From assembly GCA_944389555.1 (NCBI GenBank), contig CALXMU010000002.1:30271-94270 (forward strand): a DNA stretch of 64,000 nt, read 5' to 3'. Source of the DNA: an uncultured Alphaproteobacteria bacterium. Lineage in GTDB: Bacteria; Pseudomonadota; Alphaproteobacteria; Rs-D84. This document shows, piece by piece, positions 47,028 through 59,311 of the stretch (the first letter of the stretch is position 1; each line of letters opens with the position of its first letter). The notes beneath the pieces were generated by a model. The model worked only from the letters and a program-made list of their open reading frames with translations. It was not told the DNA's origin and ran no database searches. Made by a program: the position numbers and the translations under genes.

Positions 47028-47254
47028 TGGCAGTTCGTGCAGCAATTTATCGTAAAAAATCAAACCCGTTGAAGGGCAAGGTTATTGATTATAAAGATAT
47101 TAAAACATTATCGCACTATATCACAGAACGCGGGAAAATTGTTCCGTCTCGTATAAGTGGTGTTTCACAAAAGGACCAACGTGCAGTGTCTACAGCAATT
47201 AAACGCTCTCGTCATTTAGGTCTATTACCATTTGTGCGTAACAATTTGGGATAA
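47027..47254 (+). CDS. rpsR: 30S ribosomal protein S18
   Basis: [30 protein letters not shown]. Confidence 0.97.
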   Translation: MAVRAAIYRKKSNPLKGKVIDYKDIKTLSHYITERGKIVPSRISGVSQKDQRAVSTAIKRSRHLGLLPFVRNNLG

Positions 47255-47310
47255 TGGCAGATTACAAATATTTGGGTTTTACCCTAACTTGAGATAAAGG
47301 ACAGATAAAA

Positions 47311-47904
47311 ATGAAAGTTATTTTGACAGAAAAAATTACTAAATTAGGTAATATCGGTGACACGGTTGATGTAAAAACTGGTTTTGCGCGTAATTATTTA
47401 TTGCCGACAGGTAAAGCCATGCGCTGGTCTCGTGAAAACGTTGCTTTGTTTGAAGCCAAAAAAGCAGAATTGCAGGCTCGTCAAGAAGCGGCTAAAAAGA
47501 CAGCCGAATCAAATGTTGATGCAGTTAAGAACGCAAAACTTTATATGATTCGTCAGGCCGGTGATACGGGGCAATTGTATGGTTCTGTATCAACGCGTGA
47601 TATTGCACGTATGTTAAAGGAAATTGCAAACGTTTCCGTTGAATCTGCTCAGGTTATGTTGGGTGCACCAATTAAATCCGTTGGTGTATTCGATACAAAG
47701 ATTGCTTTGCATCCAGATGTCATCGTTCCTGTAAAAATTTATGTTGCTCAAAGTCAGGACGAAATAGAAGCTTTGGTTGCAGGCAAAGTTTTGACCTTTG
47801 GTACTAAAAAAGTAGACGAAGATGCCGCTGAAGAAAAATCAGAGGTAAAAGTTGAAGAAAAAGCTGAAAAAAAGGTTGAAGAAAAAACTGCTGATGCAGA
47901 ATAG
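47311..47904 (+). CDS. rplI: 50S ribosomal protein L9
   Basis: MKVIL...LGNIGDTVDVKTGFARNYLLP, LYGSV. Confidence 0.97.
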   Translation: MKVILTEKITKLGNIGDTVDVKTGFARNYLLPTGKAMRWSRENVALFEAKKAELQARQEAAKKTAESNVDAVKNAKLYMIRQAGDTGQLYGSVSTRDIARMLKEIANVSVESAQVMLGAPIKSVGVFDTKIALHPDVIVPVKIYVAQSQDEIEALVAGKVLTFGTKKVDEDAAEEKSEVKVEEKAEKKVEEKTADAE

Positions 47905-47930
47905 TAAAAACGCCCGAAAGGGCGTTTTTA
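47905..47930 (+). terminator. Intrinsic terminator
   Basis: TAAAAACGCCC-GAAA-GGGCGTTTTTA. Confidence 0.85.
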
Positions 47931-47970
47931 ATTTTCATTTTTTTATAAAAAATTATATAATCTATTTTAA

Positions 47971-48624
47971 ATGAAATTAGAATCTGTCGGTGTTTTAATA
48001 AATTTGCGTCCGTTGGGGGAGCGTGATTCGGTTGCACGTATTTTTACATCAAATTATGGTGTCCTATGCGGAATGTTGCGGGGAGCGCAAGTTGCCCGTA
48101 AAAATAAACCTCTTGTCGGGCAGGTAGGGGGCGTCGTTTGGAATGCCAGATTAGATTCTCAGTTAGGAACTTTTCATTGGGAGGCCGAAAAAAATTTAGC
48201 CGCAGTCGCCATGCTAAATAGAAAAACGTTAGCATATATGAACAGCGCTTTTGCTTTAATATCAACTTTACTTCCAGAAAGAGAACAATACCAAAGTTTA
48301 TATTTTAATACGATTGATTTATTAAGGAACTTGAATGCATCGGATTGTGATGACGAATATTTGCGATGGGAAATGTCGTTGCTTTCTGAATTAGGGTATG
48401 CGTTGAATTTAAGCGCTTGTTCTGGTTGCGGAACGACCGATGATTTAGAATATTTATCACCGCGCACGGGAAGGGCGGTTTGCAAAAAATGTGCGGAACC
48501 ATATATAACCAGATTATATAAGTTACCGATAAATTTAGAAATAACTCGTTCATTTATAGAAAAAGCTTGCCGAACCCAAGGAGTAGAATTACCACCTGCG
48601 CGTAATGCGTTATCAAACATATAA
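47971..48624 (+). CDS. recO: DNA repair protein RecO
   Basis: LGERDSVARIFTSNYG, LLSELGY, CSGCG...YLSPRTGRAVC. Confidence 0.9.
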   Translation: MKLESVGVLINLRPLGERDSVARIFTSNYGVLCGMLRGAQVARKNKPLVGQVGGVVWNARLDSQLGTFHWEAEKNLAAVAMLNRKTLAYMNSAFALISTLLPEREQYQSLYFNTIDLLRNLNASDCDDEYLRWEMSLLSELGYALNLSACSGCGTTDDLEYLSPRTGRAVCKKCAEPYITRLYKLPINLEITRSFIEKACRTQGVELPPARNALSNI

Positions 48625-48711
48625 TTTTTATAAATTTTATTGATTTATTTCTTGCGAATGGGATTTTTTTGGAGTATTGTATTTGCGTTCAACAGATAAA
48701 GGAGAAAAACT

Positions 48712-49539
48712 ATGACTTGGACAATCTTGGTTCTAGTGGTTGGTATTCTTCTGTTCCTGTTTGGTGGTATGTTGCTGCCGAAGGGTGACGAGAAAAAACC
48801 GTCTGCTGGTAAAATATTTGCAAAAAAATGTATCACTTTAATCGCTATCGTTCTGATTTCAGGTAGCATGTGTCGTTTGTATACACCGTTTTATCTGACG
48901 GCTGTAAACCCAGCTATTGTTCAGGAAATGGTAAACGGTATGCAAGAACAACAGCAGGCCGAAAAGAATAAACAAATTCGTAAATTCGTTCGCTCTGAGG
49001 GTGAACAAATGATGAAAGATGCACCGGTATTAGGTAACCGTGATGCAAAGAAGACAATCTATGTATGGACTGACTTCTCTTGCCCATATTGCCGCCGAGT
49101 ACATGGTGAAATTGAACGTGTATTGGCTGATCGTGATGATACACGCGTAGTTATTAAGAACTTCTCAATCCATGGTGCTTTGTCTGATGCTCCGGCAAAA
49201 GCGGTTATTGCTGCTAATTTGCAAGATCCGGCAAAAGCTGCTAACCTGACAAATATGTTGATGACTCGTGAATTTTATACACAAGAAGATTTACAAGATC
49301 AATCAAAGTTGGCAGAAAAAGTTGAAGCCAATGTTATGAAAATGGCAGAAGAAGCTGGCTTGGATACAGCAAAGTTGAAAGAAGACATGAATGGGGAAGT
49401 AGTTGCACGTGAATTGAGAAATGTTCGTGATTTGGCACAACGTTTTGAAATTTCTGGTACTCCGTTCTTAATCATCGGTGAACAGGCGTTCCCGGGTGCA
49501 ATCCCAGCCGAACAAATCGAAGCCGCTTTGGATGAATAA
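48712..49539 (+). CDS. Membrane-anchored DsbA/Com1-like thioredoxin-fold protein
   Basis: TDFSCPYCRR (CPYC), ISGTPFLIIG (cis-Pro), N-terminal TM helices. Confidence 0.9.
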   Translation: MTWTILVLVVGILLFLFGGMLLPKGDEKKPSAGKIFAKKCITLIAIVLISGSMCRLYTPFYLTAVNPAIVQEMVNGMQEQQQAEKNKQIRKFVRSEGEQMMKDAPVLGNRDAKKTIYVWTDFSCPYCRRVHGEIERVLADRDDTRVVIKNFSIHGALSDAPAKAVIAANLQDPAKAANLTNMLMTREFYTQEDLQDQSKLAEKVEANVMKMAEEAGLDTAKLKEDMNGEVVARELRNVRDLAQRFEISGTPFLIIGEQAFPGAIPAEQIEAALDE

Positions 49540-49555
49540 GTTTTATTCAAAGAAT

Positions 49556-49589
49556 AAATAAAAAACCGCCAATTGGCGGTTTTTTATTT
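49556..49589. terminator. Bidirectional terminator containing the pgk stop codon
   Basis: AAATAAAAAACCGCC-AATT-GGCGGTTTTTTATTT. Confidence 0.85.
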
Positions 49590-50753
49590 GTCTTCTAGTA
49601 TCGCTATACCTGGTAAGGTACGTCCTTCTATAAATTCTAGAAATGCACCGCCACCGGTTGATACATATGTAATGTCATCTTTTACCCCGCAGGCAGTTAG
49701 TGCTGCAACTGTATCACCGCCACCGACAATACTTTCTAGTTTACCAGCGCGAGTTTGTTCTGCAATTGTACGCGCAATTGCAAAAGAGCCGTATGACCAC
49801 GTTGGTTGCCATTCTGCCATGCCAACCGTTCCATTCCAAATTACGGTTGCAGCATTTCTTATGGCATCTGTGTCCCGTTTCGTTGTTTCTTCACCAGCGT
49901 CAATGATAATGTCGTCGTCTTCCATTTCTGTAAAGTTTTTATTTTCTCGTTTCGCGGTCGGCGTAAATTCTTTCGCGACACCTTTATCTAAAGGAAGTAA
50001 TACTTCACAATTATTTTCTTTGGCATATTCCAGAATTTCAAGAGCCGTATCTTTATGGTCTGCTTCATATAATGAATTACCGACTTTGCCACCCAAAGCA
50101 TAATTAAATGTGGTTCCCAGTGCTCCACCAATAATCATTTTATCTGATAATTTGGCAAGTGCTTTTAATACACCTATTTTCGTTGATACTTTACTTCCCG
50201 CAACAATGGATAATAAAGGACGTTTGGGGTCCTCCATAACTGCAGATAATTGTTCAATTTCAGATGCTAATAATTTACCAGCATAAGATGGTAAAATTTC
50301 TGCAACGCCAACGGTGCTTGCGTGGGCACGATGGGATACCGCAAAAGCGTCGTTTATAAATATATCAAAACCCTCGGCCAGTTTTTTCGCAAAATCTGGG
50401 TCGTTTGATTCTTCACCTGGATAAAAACGAACATTTTCTAAAAGAACTAAATCGCCATCGTTCATTTCTTTCATAAAGTCTTTGTCCAGACAATCTTTAA
50501 TCAATGGTATTTTCATGTAATCGGCAACCGGTGCCATCGAAAATTCCATGTTTTTCGTACCTTTGGGGCGCCCCAAATGTGCACAAATAGCAACTTTTGC
50601 CCCCGCGGTGCGTAACGCATTTATTGTCGGCATGCTTTGTTCAATTCTGAACGCATCGGTAATCTTACCGTTGACAATTTGTACGTTAAAATCATCTCGT
50701 AACAAAATGAATTTTCCCCGCACGTCTATGTTATCAATCTTGCGTAGTTTCAT
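49584..50753 (-). CDS. pgk: Phosphoglycerate kinase
   Basis: LLRDDFNV, AHLGRPKG, DAFAVSHRAHAS, VSTGGGAFLEF. Confidence 0.98.
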   Translation of the reverse strand: MKLRKIDNIDVRGKFILLRDDFNVQIVNGKITDAFRIEQSMPTINALRTAGAKVAICAHLGRPKGTKNMEFSMAPVADYMKIPLIKDCLDKDFMKEMNDGDLVLLENVRFYPGEESNDPDFAKKLAEGFDIFINDAFAVSHRAHASTVGVAEILPSYAGKLLASEIEQLSAVMEDPKRPLLSIVAGSKVSTKIGVLKALAKLSDKMIIGGALGTTFNYALGGKVGNSLYEADHKDTALEILEYAKENNCEVLLPLDKGVAKEFTPTAKRENKNFTEMEDDDIIIDAGEETTKRDTDAIRNAATVIWNGTVGMAEWQPTWSYGSFAIARTIAEQTRAGKLESIVGGGDTVAALTACGVKDDITYVSTGGGAFLEFIEGRTLPGIAILEDK

Positions 50754-51360
50754 TTTTATTCATCCTTTCTTTTATGGGTTTATAACTTTTTCTATAATGT
50801 TCGTTTATACCATATTTATCAATTGCTTGCAAATGCTCCGCCGTCGGATAACCCGCATTTTTATCCCAGCCGTACATCGGGAATTTCGTTGCTAATTCGT
50901 GCATTATTTTGTCCCTAGTTTCTTTCGCTAAAATAGAGGCGGCTGCAATGGATAACGACTTAGCGTCACCTTTTACTACAGCAATACCATCTAAATCTAT
51001 CGGCAATTTGTTCCCGTCTATTAAACAAAATTGTGGTGCGCAGGATAGTTTTTGTATGGCGCGTTTCATTGCCGTTAAAGACGCTTGTAAAATATTCATT
51101 TCGTCAATTTCTGTTGGGGTGCATTCTGCAACTGCCCATATCGTATTTTGAGTTATCCAGTCATATGCGGTTGCGCGCATATAAGCGGTCATTTGTTTTG
51201 AATCACGGATTACCACAGGAATTTCTATATCTCTATTTGGAAATATAACAGCAGCTGCAACGACGGGACCGCACAAAGGACCACGACCAGCCTCGTCCAC
51301 GCCAGCAACGATTTCGAATCCACAATTATTTTCTATCTCAAATGTTGGTTTAGTTTTCAT
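50734..51360 (-). CDS. rnhB: Ribonuclease HII
   Basis: AGVDEAGRG, RDSK, LIDGN, KGDAKS...IAAASILAK; 3' end overlaps the pgk start by 20 bp. Confidence 0.97.
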   Translation of the reverse strand: MKTKPTFEIENNCGFEIVAGVDEAGRGPLCGPVVAAAVIFPNRDIEIPVVIRDSKQMTAYMRATAYDWITQNTIWAVAECTPTEIDEMNILQASLTAMKRAIQKLSCAPQFCLIDGNKLPIDLDGIAVVKGDAKSLSIAAASILAKETRDKIMHELATKFPMYGWDKNAGYPTAEHLQAIDKYGINEHYRKSYKPIKERMNKNETTQD

Positions 51361-51423
51361 CGCTATAAAAAGATACCACCATTATGGTGGTAATAAAATA
51401 GAAAAATGAAATTGTACACAAAC

Positions 51424-53154
51424 TTAAATGGCCATACGGTCTTCGATTTGTTTCTGTACATATTCGTCTTCACTATTATAAAGAGGCCATTCACCTTTCG
51501 CTAATTCTTTCATGGTAGTCAAAGGTTGATCTAGGCGCGCACGGTATAACCACATGTTAGACATAACACGCTTAATATAACTACGCGTTTCATAAGTTGG
51601 AAAACTTTCAATATAAAGTAACGGGTCATATGTATCAAAGTTTTTTTCAAATTCTACCAACGTTCCCATGCCAGCATTGTAAGCAGCCAACATTTTTATT
51701 ATGTTATTGTTAATGTTCGGGTGGGCTAATAAATCTACTATATATTGTTGACCAAGGAACATATTATGCTCTGGTTTTGACATATCAATTTCTGAAATAT
51801 TTACTTTATTTTCACGAGCAACTTTTTTAGCGGTACTTGGCATAATTTGCATCAAACCGTTTGCACCCGCACCAGATTTCGCGTTTGCACGAAAGCCGCT
51901 TTCTTGCTTTGTAATTGCTAACAATAGCGCACGGTCAATAGACCAACCGCCCATAGGTTCCCAGTCGGGCAGGGGATATTGCGCAGAATAAATGATGTTA
52001 TCATCAATTTCTAGAATGCCACGGTCTTGAATTAAGCTAGATGCTTGAATAGAAACTCTGGGTAAACCGTATGCCGTTGCAACGGAATTTATTGCGTGCA
52101 AAGTACGGTCGCTTACATTTGAAGTAATCATATACTTTAAGTATAATTCGGCGCGGTCTTTTTGACCGATTTGCAATAAAGCCAAAGCTTTTTTTCCATA
52201 TTTCGTTTCGCGCAGGGTGTCGACATCCTCATCCGTATAGTCTTGTTCAAAAAATTCATATTTTGGTGTATGCCCCAACATTACTGAAGCCAATGCGCCG
52301 TAAAAAGCCATGGGGTGCGCCGAAGCGATTTTCCAATATGCTTTTGCGTCTGTCTTGTTTCCGCTTGCTTCGGCGGCTCGACCCGCCCAAAAAGCTGCTT
52401 CTGTTTTTCGAGCATTATTTATTTGTTCAAGGTCTAGAATTGCGCTGAAATATTTTTCGCTTTCTTCGAATTTTTCTTCTTTGAAATATAATAACCCCAT
52501 TGCCCATAGACCGTATTCTGATTTTGCGTCAGAAGCCACAAAACCCCACTTTTTAGCCAGTTCAAATTCACCGTTTGTGTAATATATAAAAGATAAACGA
52601 CCGGCCAGACGACCATAGTCTGATTCTGTAAGTTTACTTTTAAATGACGGGTCTTCTAATATTTGACGAGCATTTTTTGTTGAACCGCTGCGTATCGCTC
52701 GCTTAAATTTATTTATTTTAGTATTTGTTGCACCTGTATATTTTTTTGCCGTCCAAGTTTCTGATTGCGCCGTTTCTATAGATGCGCCACCACTGATGGT
52801 ACGAGGTATATAGGCTTTTCTAACAGTGGCTTGCTTTATCTTCGCAAGTTTTACCATTCTTTCTGCACCAGGCATGTCATAATATTTTTCCATCCAGGCA
52901 GCGATTTCTTTACCGCGAGTTCGATATGTGTCTGAAATATAACGTTGATATAAAACCTCGTTCATCAGTAACGGGTCTGTAAGTTGCTGTTCTAATTTCT
53001 GGGCAGCGGTAATTTCTTCTTCTGATTGCAGTAAAAATATTTGAGTATACAAACTGGCATCTGCGTCGGATAATACATCAATGTTAGGTAAATCGGCACC
53101 AACCGCCGCAAACGGCAAGAATATTGCTATCAAAAATGTAAATATTTTTTTCAT
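51424..53154 (-). CDS. Soluble lytic murein transglycosylase (Slt family)
   Basis: AITKQESGF, GANGLMQIMP, AAYNAG, ETRSYIKRV; TPR-like N-terminal part. Confidence 0.92.
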   Translation of the reverse strand: MKKIFTFLIAIFLPFAAVGADLPNIDVLSDADASLYTQIFLLQSEEEITAAQKLEQQLTDPLLMNEVLYQRYISDTYRTRGKEIAAWMEKYYDMPGAERMVKLAKIKQATVRKAYIPRTISGGASIETAQSETWTAKKYTGATNTKINKFKRAIRSGSTKNARQILEDPSFKSKLTESDYGRLAGRLSFIYYTNGEFELAKKWGFVASDAKSEYGLWAMGLLYFKEEKFEESEKYFSAILDLEQINNARKTEAAFWAGRAAEASGNKTDAKAYWKIASAHPMAFYGALASVMLGHTPKYEFFEQDYTDEDVDTLRETKYGKKALALLQIGQKDRAELYLKYMITSNVSDRTLHAINSVATAYGLPRVSIQASSLIQDRGILEIDDNIIYSAQYPLPDWEPMGGWSIDRALLLAITKQESGFRANAKSGAGANGLMQIMPSTAKKVARENKVNISEIDMSKPEHNMFLGQQYIVDLLAHPNINNNIIKMLAAYNAGMGTLVEFEKNFDTYDPLLYIESFPTYETRSYIKRVMSNMWLYRARLDQPLTTMKELAKGEWPLYNSEDEYVQKQIEDRMAI

Positions 53155-53162
53155 TGTGGATT

Positions 53163-53663
53163 TCAGAATAGTGATGTTTTCGGCAACTTACAAACGGCGG
53201 CGCCTTCGTCTGCCTCTGGTATCTGGTCAAGAATTTTCTTAAAGTCCGATATGCGCGAGAATTTACGATATACCGAAACAAACCGCACGAATGCAATAGG
53301 GTCCAAGTTTAATAAAGAATCTGATACCATTTGACCGACCAATGCACTGCTAACTGTATCATCAGCGGTTTCTGTTTCTAATCTGCGGTGTATAGATGTA
53401 ACTAATTTTTCAATTTGCTCGTCACCGACATCACGATTACGGCATGCCAACTTAATACTGCGCCGTAGTTTTTCACGGTCAAAAGCTTCTAACTTCCCGC
53501 TATTTTTACGTACCATTAAGTCGCGCATCTGTACGCGCTCAACGGTTGTGAATTTCGCACCGCATTGGTTGCATACGCGACGACGGCGAATAATCGCGTC
53601 TTCTATATCGGGACGAGAGTCGGTTACCCGGCTGTCGGTTGAGTTACAATATGGACATCTCAT
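53163..53663 (-). CDS. nrdR: Transcriptional repressor NrdR
   Basis: MRCPYC...IRRRRVCNQCGAKFTTVE, AFVRFVSVY; start placed at ATG 53663. Confidence 0.96.
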   Translation of the reverse strand: MRCPYCNSTDSRVTDSRPDIEDAIIRRRRVCNQCGAKFTTVERVQMRDLMVRKNSGKLEAFDREKLRRSIKLACRNRDVGDEQIEKLVTSIHRRLETETADDTVSSALVGQMVSDSLLNLDPIAFVRFVSVYRKFSRISDFKKILDQIPEADEGAAVCKLPKTSLF

Positions 53664-53827
53664 AGTGATATACGGTAGCAATCAAATCCCTTTCTGTAAA
53701 GCAGAAAGTGATTTTGTGGGGTAGGGGTAAAAAATGCGTTTTTTATAAAAATCAAGCACTTTATTTCATTTCAATTGTGTTGGGGCGGCTTTTTAATGAA
53801 GGCTTTTTATGATAAAATGTGTTTTGA

Positions 53828-54940
<1,113 letters not shown>

Positions 54941-55071
54941 AATCGCTCTTTTAAGGGCGATTTTTGTTCGTGTACCTTGTTTTTTGCTTATAAATGACTA
55001 TATATATGATAAATTCGCGAATCGGGTTTTTGTGTGATATAGTTTTATGTATAAAATAAGGAATTTATGTT

Positions 55072-55653
55072 ATGGCTTTGATACCTGTTGTTATAGAAGA
55101 ATCACCGCGTGGTGAGCGTTCTTTTGATATTTTTTCAAGATTATTACGTGACCGTATAGTCATGATAAATGGGCAAATTGAACCTAATATGGCTAGTACT
55201 GTGGTTGCGCAGTTGTTATTTTTGGAATCTGAAAATCCTAATGCGGAAATTTCGGTATACATAAACTCTCCTGGTGGTGACGTTTCTGCCGGTTGGGCAA
55301 TTATGGATACAATGCAATATATAAAATCCCCTGTTTCTACAATCGGAATGGGATTGGTTGCTTCTATGGGCTCGGTTTTATTAGCTGCCGGTGAAAAAGG
55401 GAAAAGATTCGTGTTACCAAATACTCAAATTATGATACATCAACCATTGGCTGGGGCTGAGGGGCAGATTACTGATATGGAAATTCGTATGGCTCAATAC
55501 CAGAAAAATAAAAAGACTTTGATTAAGCAAATGTCTGAATTTACCGGGCGTAAAGAGAAAGAGTTGTTTGACGCAATGGAACGCGATAATTGGATGAACC
55601 CGGAAGAAGCCAAGGATTTCGGTTTGATAGATGGTGTGTTAAAACGTAAATAA
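55072..55653 (+). CDS. clpP: ATP-dependent Clp protease proteolytic subunit
   Basis: DIFSRLLRDRI, YINSPGG, ASMG, MIHQP. Confidence 0.98.
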   Translation: MALIPVVIEESPRGERSFDIFSRLLRDRIVMINGQIEPNMASTVVAQLLFLESENPNAEISVYINSPGGDVSAGWAIMDTMQYIKSPVSTIGMGLVASMGSVLLAAGEKGKRFVLPNTQIMIHQPLAGAEGQITDMEIRMAQYQKNKKTLIKQMSEFTGRKEKELFDAMERDNWMNPEEAKDFGLIDGVLKRK

Positions 55654-55683
55654 TTTTTCGGAACGTGTGGGAGATTAGTGGAT

Positions 55684-56958
55684 ATGAGCGACGATAAAAT
55701 CAAATCTGCAGACGAAACGCAAGATACAGCGGCACCTCAGTTTTGCAGTTTCTGTGGTAAAGCTGTTTATGAAGTAAAGAAATTGGTCAGCGGTAGAAAT
55801 GTATGCATTTGTGACGAGTGCATAAATTTATGTAATGATATAATGGCCGATGATTTGCGGGCAGAGGCGGGACATGATACGTCTAAGTTACCGACGCCGC
55901 GGCAGATTTATAATTTCTTAAATGAATATATCGTCGGGCAAGACGACGCAAAACGTACTTTGTCCGTCGCTGTATATAATCACTATAAACGCCATAGCGT
56001 TGCGATAAATACTAACGTTGAGATTCAAAAATCAAACGTTCTTTTAATTGGTCCTACGGGTACTGGCAAGACCTTGTTCGCGCAAACATTGGCGCGTATT
56101 TTAGACGTACCTTTTGCTATTGCGGACGCGACTACTTTGACTGAGGCTGGTTACGTCGGTGATGATGTGGAAAGCGTTTTAACGCGGTTGTTACAAAATG
56201 CTAATTTTGACGTGGAACGTGCCGGACGTGGGATAATTTATATTGATGAAATAGATAAAATTGCCCGTAAGTCGGAGAATCCGTCTTTGACACGTGATGT
56301 TTCCGGTGAAGGTGTTCAACAAGCTTTATTGAAATTGGTTGAAGGCACAGTTGCTAATGTTCCAGCAGGTGGGGCGGGGCGGAAGCACCCAGGTGAAGCG
56401 ACTGTTCAGTTGGATACAAGTAAGATTTTATTTATATGTGGCGGTGCTTTTGACGGTTTAAATAAAATTATTGGTGCACGTAAAAGTGAGCGTGCAGGTA
56501 TCGGTTTCGGTGCAAATGTTCAATCCAAAAAAGAACGAGAAGCGAAAAATTATTTAGAAGATGTTCAGCCAGAAGATTTAGTAAAATTTGGGATAATTCC
56601 AGAATTGATTGGTCGTATGCCGATAGTTACAACTTTGCAGGAATTGGACGAGGCGGCTCTGGTCAAGATTCTGACAGAACCTAAGAATGCAATTGTAAAG
56701 CAATATGCGGCTATGTTGGACATGGACGGAGTAAAATTGACAATTACTGAAGATGGACTGCGTGAAATTGCTAAACTGGCTGTGGCACGTAAAACAGGTG
56801 CTCGCGGTTTGCGTAGTATATTAGAAAAATTATTATTACAACCTATGTTCGAGGCGCCGGAAAAAGAAGACTTGGCCGAAATTGTCATTGATAAAAATGT
56901 TGTTGCTGGGAAAAAAGCACCCATAGAAATATTACGTGAAGCAAAGAAAGCGGCTTAA
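55684..56958 (+). CDS. clpX: ATP-dependent Clp protease ATP-binding subunit ClpX
   Basis: CSFCG zinc domain, [32 protein letters not shown] loop; start ATG 55684 (GTG 55678 is an alternative). Confidence 0.98.
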   Translation: MSDDKIKSADETQDTAAPQFCSFCGKAVYEVKKLVSGRNVCICDECINLCNDIMADDLRAEAGHDTSKLPTPRQIYNFLNEYIVGQDDAKRTLSVAVYNHYKRHSVAINTNVEIQKSNVLLIGPTGTGKTLFAQTLARILDVPFAIADATTLTEAGYVGDDVESVLTRLLQNANFDVERAGRGIIYIDEIDKIARKSENPSLTRDVSGEGVQQALLKLVEGTVANVPAGGAGRKHPGEATVQLDTSKILFICGGAFDGLNKIIGARKSERAGIGFGANVQSKKEREAKNYLEDVQPEDLVKFGIIPELIGRMPIVTTLQELDEAALVKILTEPKNAIVKQYAAMLDMDGVKLTITEDGLREIAKLAVARKTGARGLRSILEKLLLQPMFEAPEKEDLAEIVIDKNVVAGKKAPIEILREAKKAA

Positions 56959-56970
56959 GAAGAAAGTACA

Positions 56971-57006
56971 AATAAAAAAATCTGCCGATTTGGCAGATTT
57001 TTTATT
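56971..57006. terminator. Bidirectional terminator
   Basis: AATAAAAAAATCTGCC-GATTT-GGCAGATTTTTTATT. Confidence 0.85.
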
Positions 57007-57212
57007 TAGAATCCGAAAACCATTCGTTGTTTTGATTGACGTTTCTTTTCGTTACGAACAGCTTCTTCTTTCAAACGTTTGCGTTTTGTTGTTGGTTTTT
57101 CATAACGCTGACGTTCTTTCATTTCGCGATACAGACCTTCTTTCTGTGATTTACGCTTTGCAACGCGTAATGCCTGTTCAACGTTATTATCGCGAACTAG
57201 AACTTTTACCAT
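57006..57212 (-). CDS. rpsU: 30S ribosomal protein S21
   Basis: [26 protein letters not shown]. Confidence 0.95.
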   Translation of the reverse strand: MVKVLVRDNNVEQALRVAKRKSQKEGLYREMKERQRYEKPTTKRKRLKEEAVRNEKKRQSKQRMVFGF

Positions 57213-57244
57213 CGGTTATTCACCCCCTTTAACGCAATTTATTT

Positions 57245-57320
57245 TGGTGGAGCCAATCAGACTCGAACTGACGACCCCCTGCTTGCAAAGCAGGTGCTCT
57301 ACCAACTGAGCTATGACCCC
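57245..57320 (-). tRNA. tRNA-Ala (anticodon TGC)
   Basis: GGGGTCATAGCTCAGTTGGTAGAGCACCTGCTTTGCAAGCAGG...TCCACCA; G3:U70 pair; 76 nt. Confidence 0.96.
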
Positions 57321-57462
57321 AAAACTTTGCTTTCTTACTTTTTTACTCTTAAAGCCCACAGATTTTATACACTTTTGATTATATTGTCAAATTAAAAATG
57401 AAAAATCGTACGGTTAATCTTTTACTAGACAGGTTTTAAGATGATACATATAATATATTACC

Positions 57463-59268
57463 ATGTTTAAGAATATAAAGAAAAGTTTCAAGAAACTTAT
57501 AAAAGGTGACGAAACCAATCGTCGTATAAAATGGTCTTTGTATGCTCGCGTTTGGCGTGAAATTGGACGACCGCAGTTAAAATGGCTTATTGGTGGCGTT
57601 GTGGCAACCGTTTTTGCTGCGGCAGCAGAGGCATATACAATCACTCTTGTTCAGCAAGTTGTTGATAAGGCTTTCATCCAGAAAAGTATGACGAATATAT
57701 ACTTTTTCGGTTTGCAGGTCATCGCCGCGTTTGGTTTTAAGGGGGTATTTAGTTATGCTAAATCGCTGCTTATGGCAAAAGCGGGTTTGAACGCAAGCGC
57801 AAAGTTGCAGCAACGTATTTATGACCATATGGTCAGAATGAACATCTCAAAGTTTTATGGAGACGGTATCGGAAAGCATTTAAATTATTTCAGCGTTCAA
57901 GCGGGGGCGGTGTTAAATCTTGTTACAAGTACTTTAATAAGTACGGTACAGCAATTTGCTACCTTGGTTATGACGTTGGGGTTGATGATTTATTATGCGC
58001 CTCAATTATGTGCGGTGCTATTGTTCTTGGTCCCTGCAATTATGATACCGATGGTTCTGATTATGCGGAAACGTCGTAAATTATCACGTGAATCTTTCGG
58101 TATAGCAAACGACGTATCACAACATTTGAATCAGACGCTGCACGGAATAAAAACCATACAATCTTTCGCTAATGAAAATGCCGAATCTAAAAAATTTGCA
58201 AAGGTTTTAGATGCTTCTATGGTGAATTCTTATAAAGGAACGCAAACTTTTGCGTTGCAATCGCCGTTGCTTGAATTGATGATATCTATTGGTTTATGTT
58301 TGGCGTTGATTGCGGGTGGGCATTTCATAGTTACTGGGGCAATCACAACCGGTGACTTTACAGCGTTCTTATTGGCGTTGACTGCGGCCTATAAACCAGC
58401 GCGTAGTATAACTGGTACCAGCAATACGGTACAGCATGGTTTATTAGCGGCAGAGGTATTGTTTGACTTTTTGGATAGCAAGCCAGATATTCAAGATTTA
58501 CCAAATGCTAAAGAACTGAAATCAGGTGAGCTTTCTGTGAAGTTTAATAAAGTTTCGTTTGAATATGTTCCAGGGGAACCGGTGTTACAAGATATTAGTT
58601 TAAATGTTCCGGCAGGTAAGGTTTGTGCTTTGGTCGGGCCGTCTGGTGGCGGTAAAACGACGATGTTTAATTTAATTGAACGTTTTTATGAACCTCAGAA
58701 GGGGAAAGTGGAAATAAATAACACTGATATTCGTAAATATACTTTGCAGTCTTTGCGGGAAAATATTGCAGAGGTTTCTCAGGACGTATTCCTATTTAAT
58801 GGTACGATAGAAGATAACATAAAATACGGAGCCCCAGATGCCACGCAAGAGCAAGTCATTGCGGCAGCAAAGGCGGCGAATGCGCATGATTTCATTATGG
58901 GTTTCCCGCATAAGTATAAATCCAAAGTTGGTGAAGGTGGCGCTTTGTTATCTGGGGGGCAGAAGCAACGTATCGCCATCGCACGTGCAATATTAAAAGA
59001 CGCGCCTGTTTTGCTGTTAGATGAAGCCACCTCTGCGCTGGATACTCAAAGTGAAAAATTGATTCAAGCCGCATTAAACGATTTGATGAAAGGGCGTACG
59101 ACGTTCGTTATTGCACACAGATTGTCAACTATTTTGGATGCGGATATAATATGCGTCGTTAAAGGCGGACGTATTGTAGAGCAGGGAACAGACGCCGAAT
59201 TGGTGGCGCTTGATGGTGAGTATAAAAAATTGCGTGATATACAGTTTAAAAGTAAAAAAGGGAAATGA
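57463..59268 (+). CDS. msbA: MsbA-like ABC exporter (TMD-NBD fusion)
   Basis: GPSGGGKT, LSGGQKQRIAIARA, LLDEATSALD, IAHRLST; lipid-A substrate is not proven. Confidence 0.8.
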   Translation: MFKNIKKSFKKLIKGDETNRRIKWSLYARVWREIGRPQLKWLIGGVVATVFAAAAEAYTITLVQQVVDKAFIQKSMTNIYFFGLQVIAAFGFKGVFSYAKSLLMAKAGLNASAKLQQRIYDHMVRMNISKFYGDGIGKHLNYFSVQAGAVLNLVTSTLISTVQQFATLVMTLGLMIYYAPQLCAVLLFLVPAIMIPMVLIMRKRRKLSRESFGIANDVSQHLNQTLHGIKTIQSFANENAESKKFAKVLDASMVNSYKGTQTFALQSPLLELMISIGLCLALIAGGHFIVTGAITTGDFTAFLLALTAAYKPARSITGTSNTVQHGLLAAEVLFDFLDSKPDIQDLPNAKELKSGELSVKFNKVSFEYVPGEPVLQDISLNVPAGKVCALVGPSGGGKTTMFNLIERFYEPQKGKVEINNTDIRKYTLQSLRENIAEVSQDVFLFNGTIEDNIKYGAPDATQEQVIAAAKAANAHDFIMGFPHKYKSKVGEGGALLSGGQKQRIAIARAILKDAPVLLLDEATSALDTQSEKLIQAALNDLMKGRTTFVIAHRLSTILDADIICVVKGGRIVEQGTDAELVALDGEYKKLRDIQFKSKKGK

Positions 59269-59311
59269 AAATAAGTCTTAAAGGAGAGAGAAACTTTAAA
59301 GAGAAGCGATA

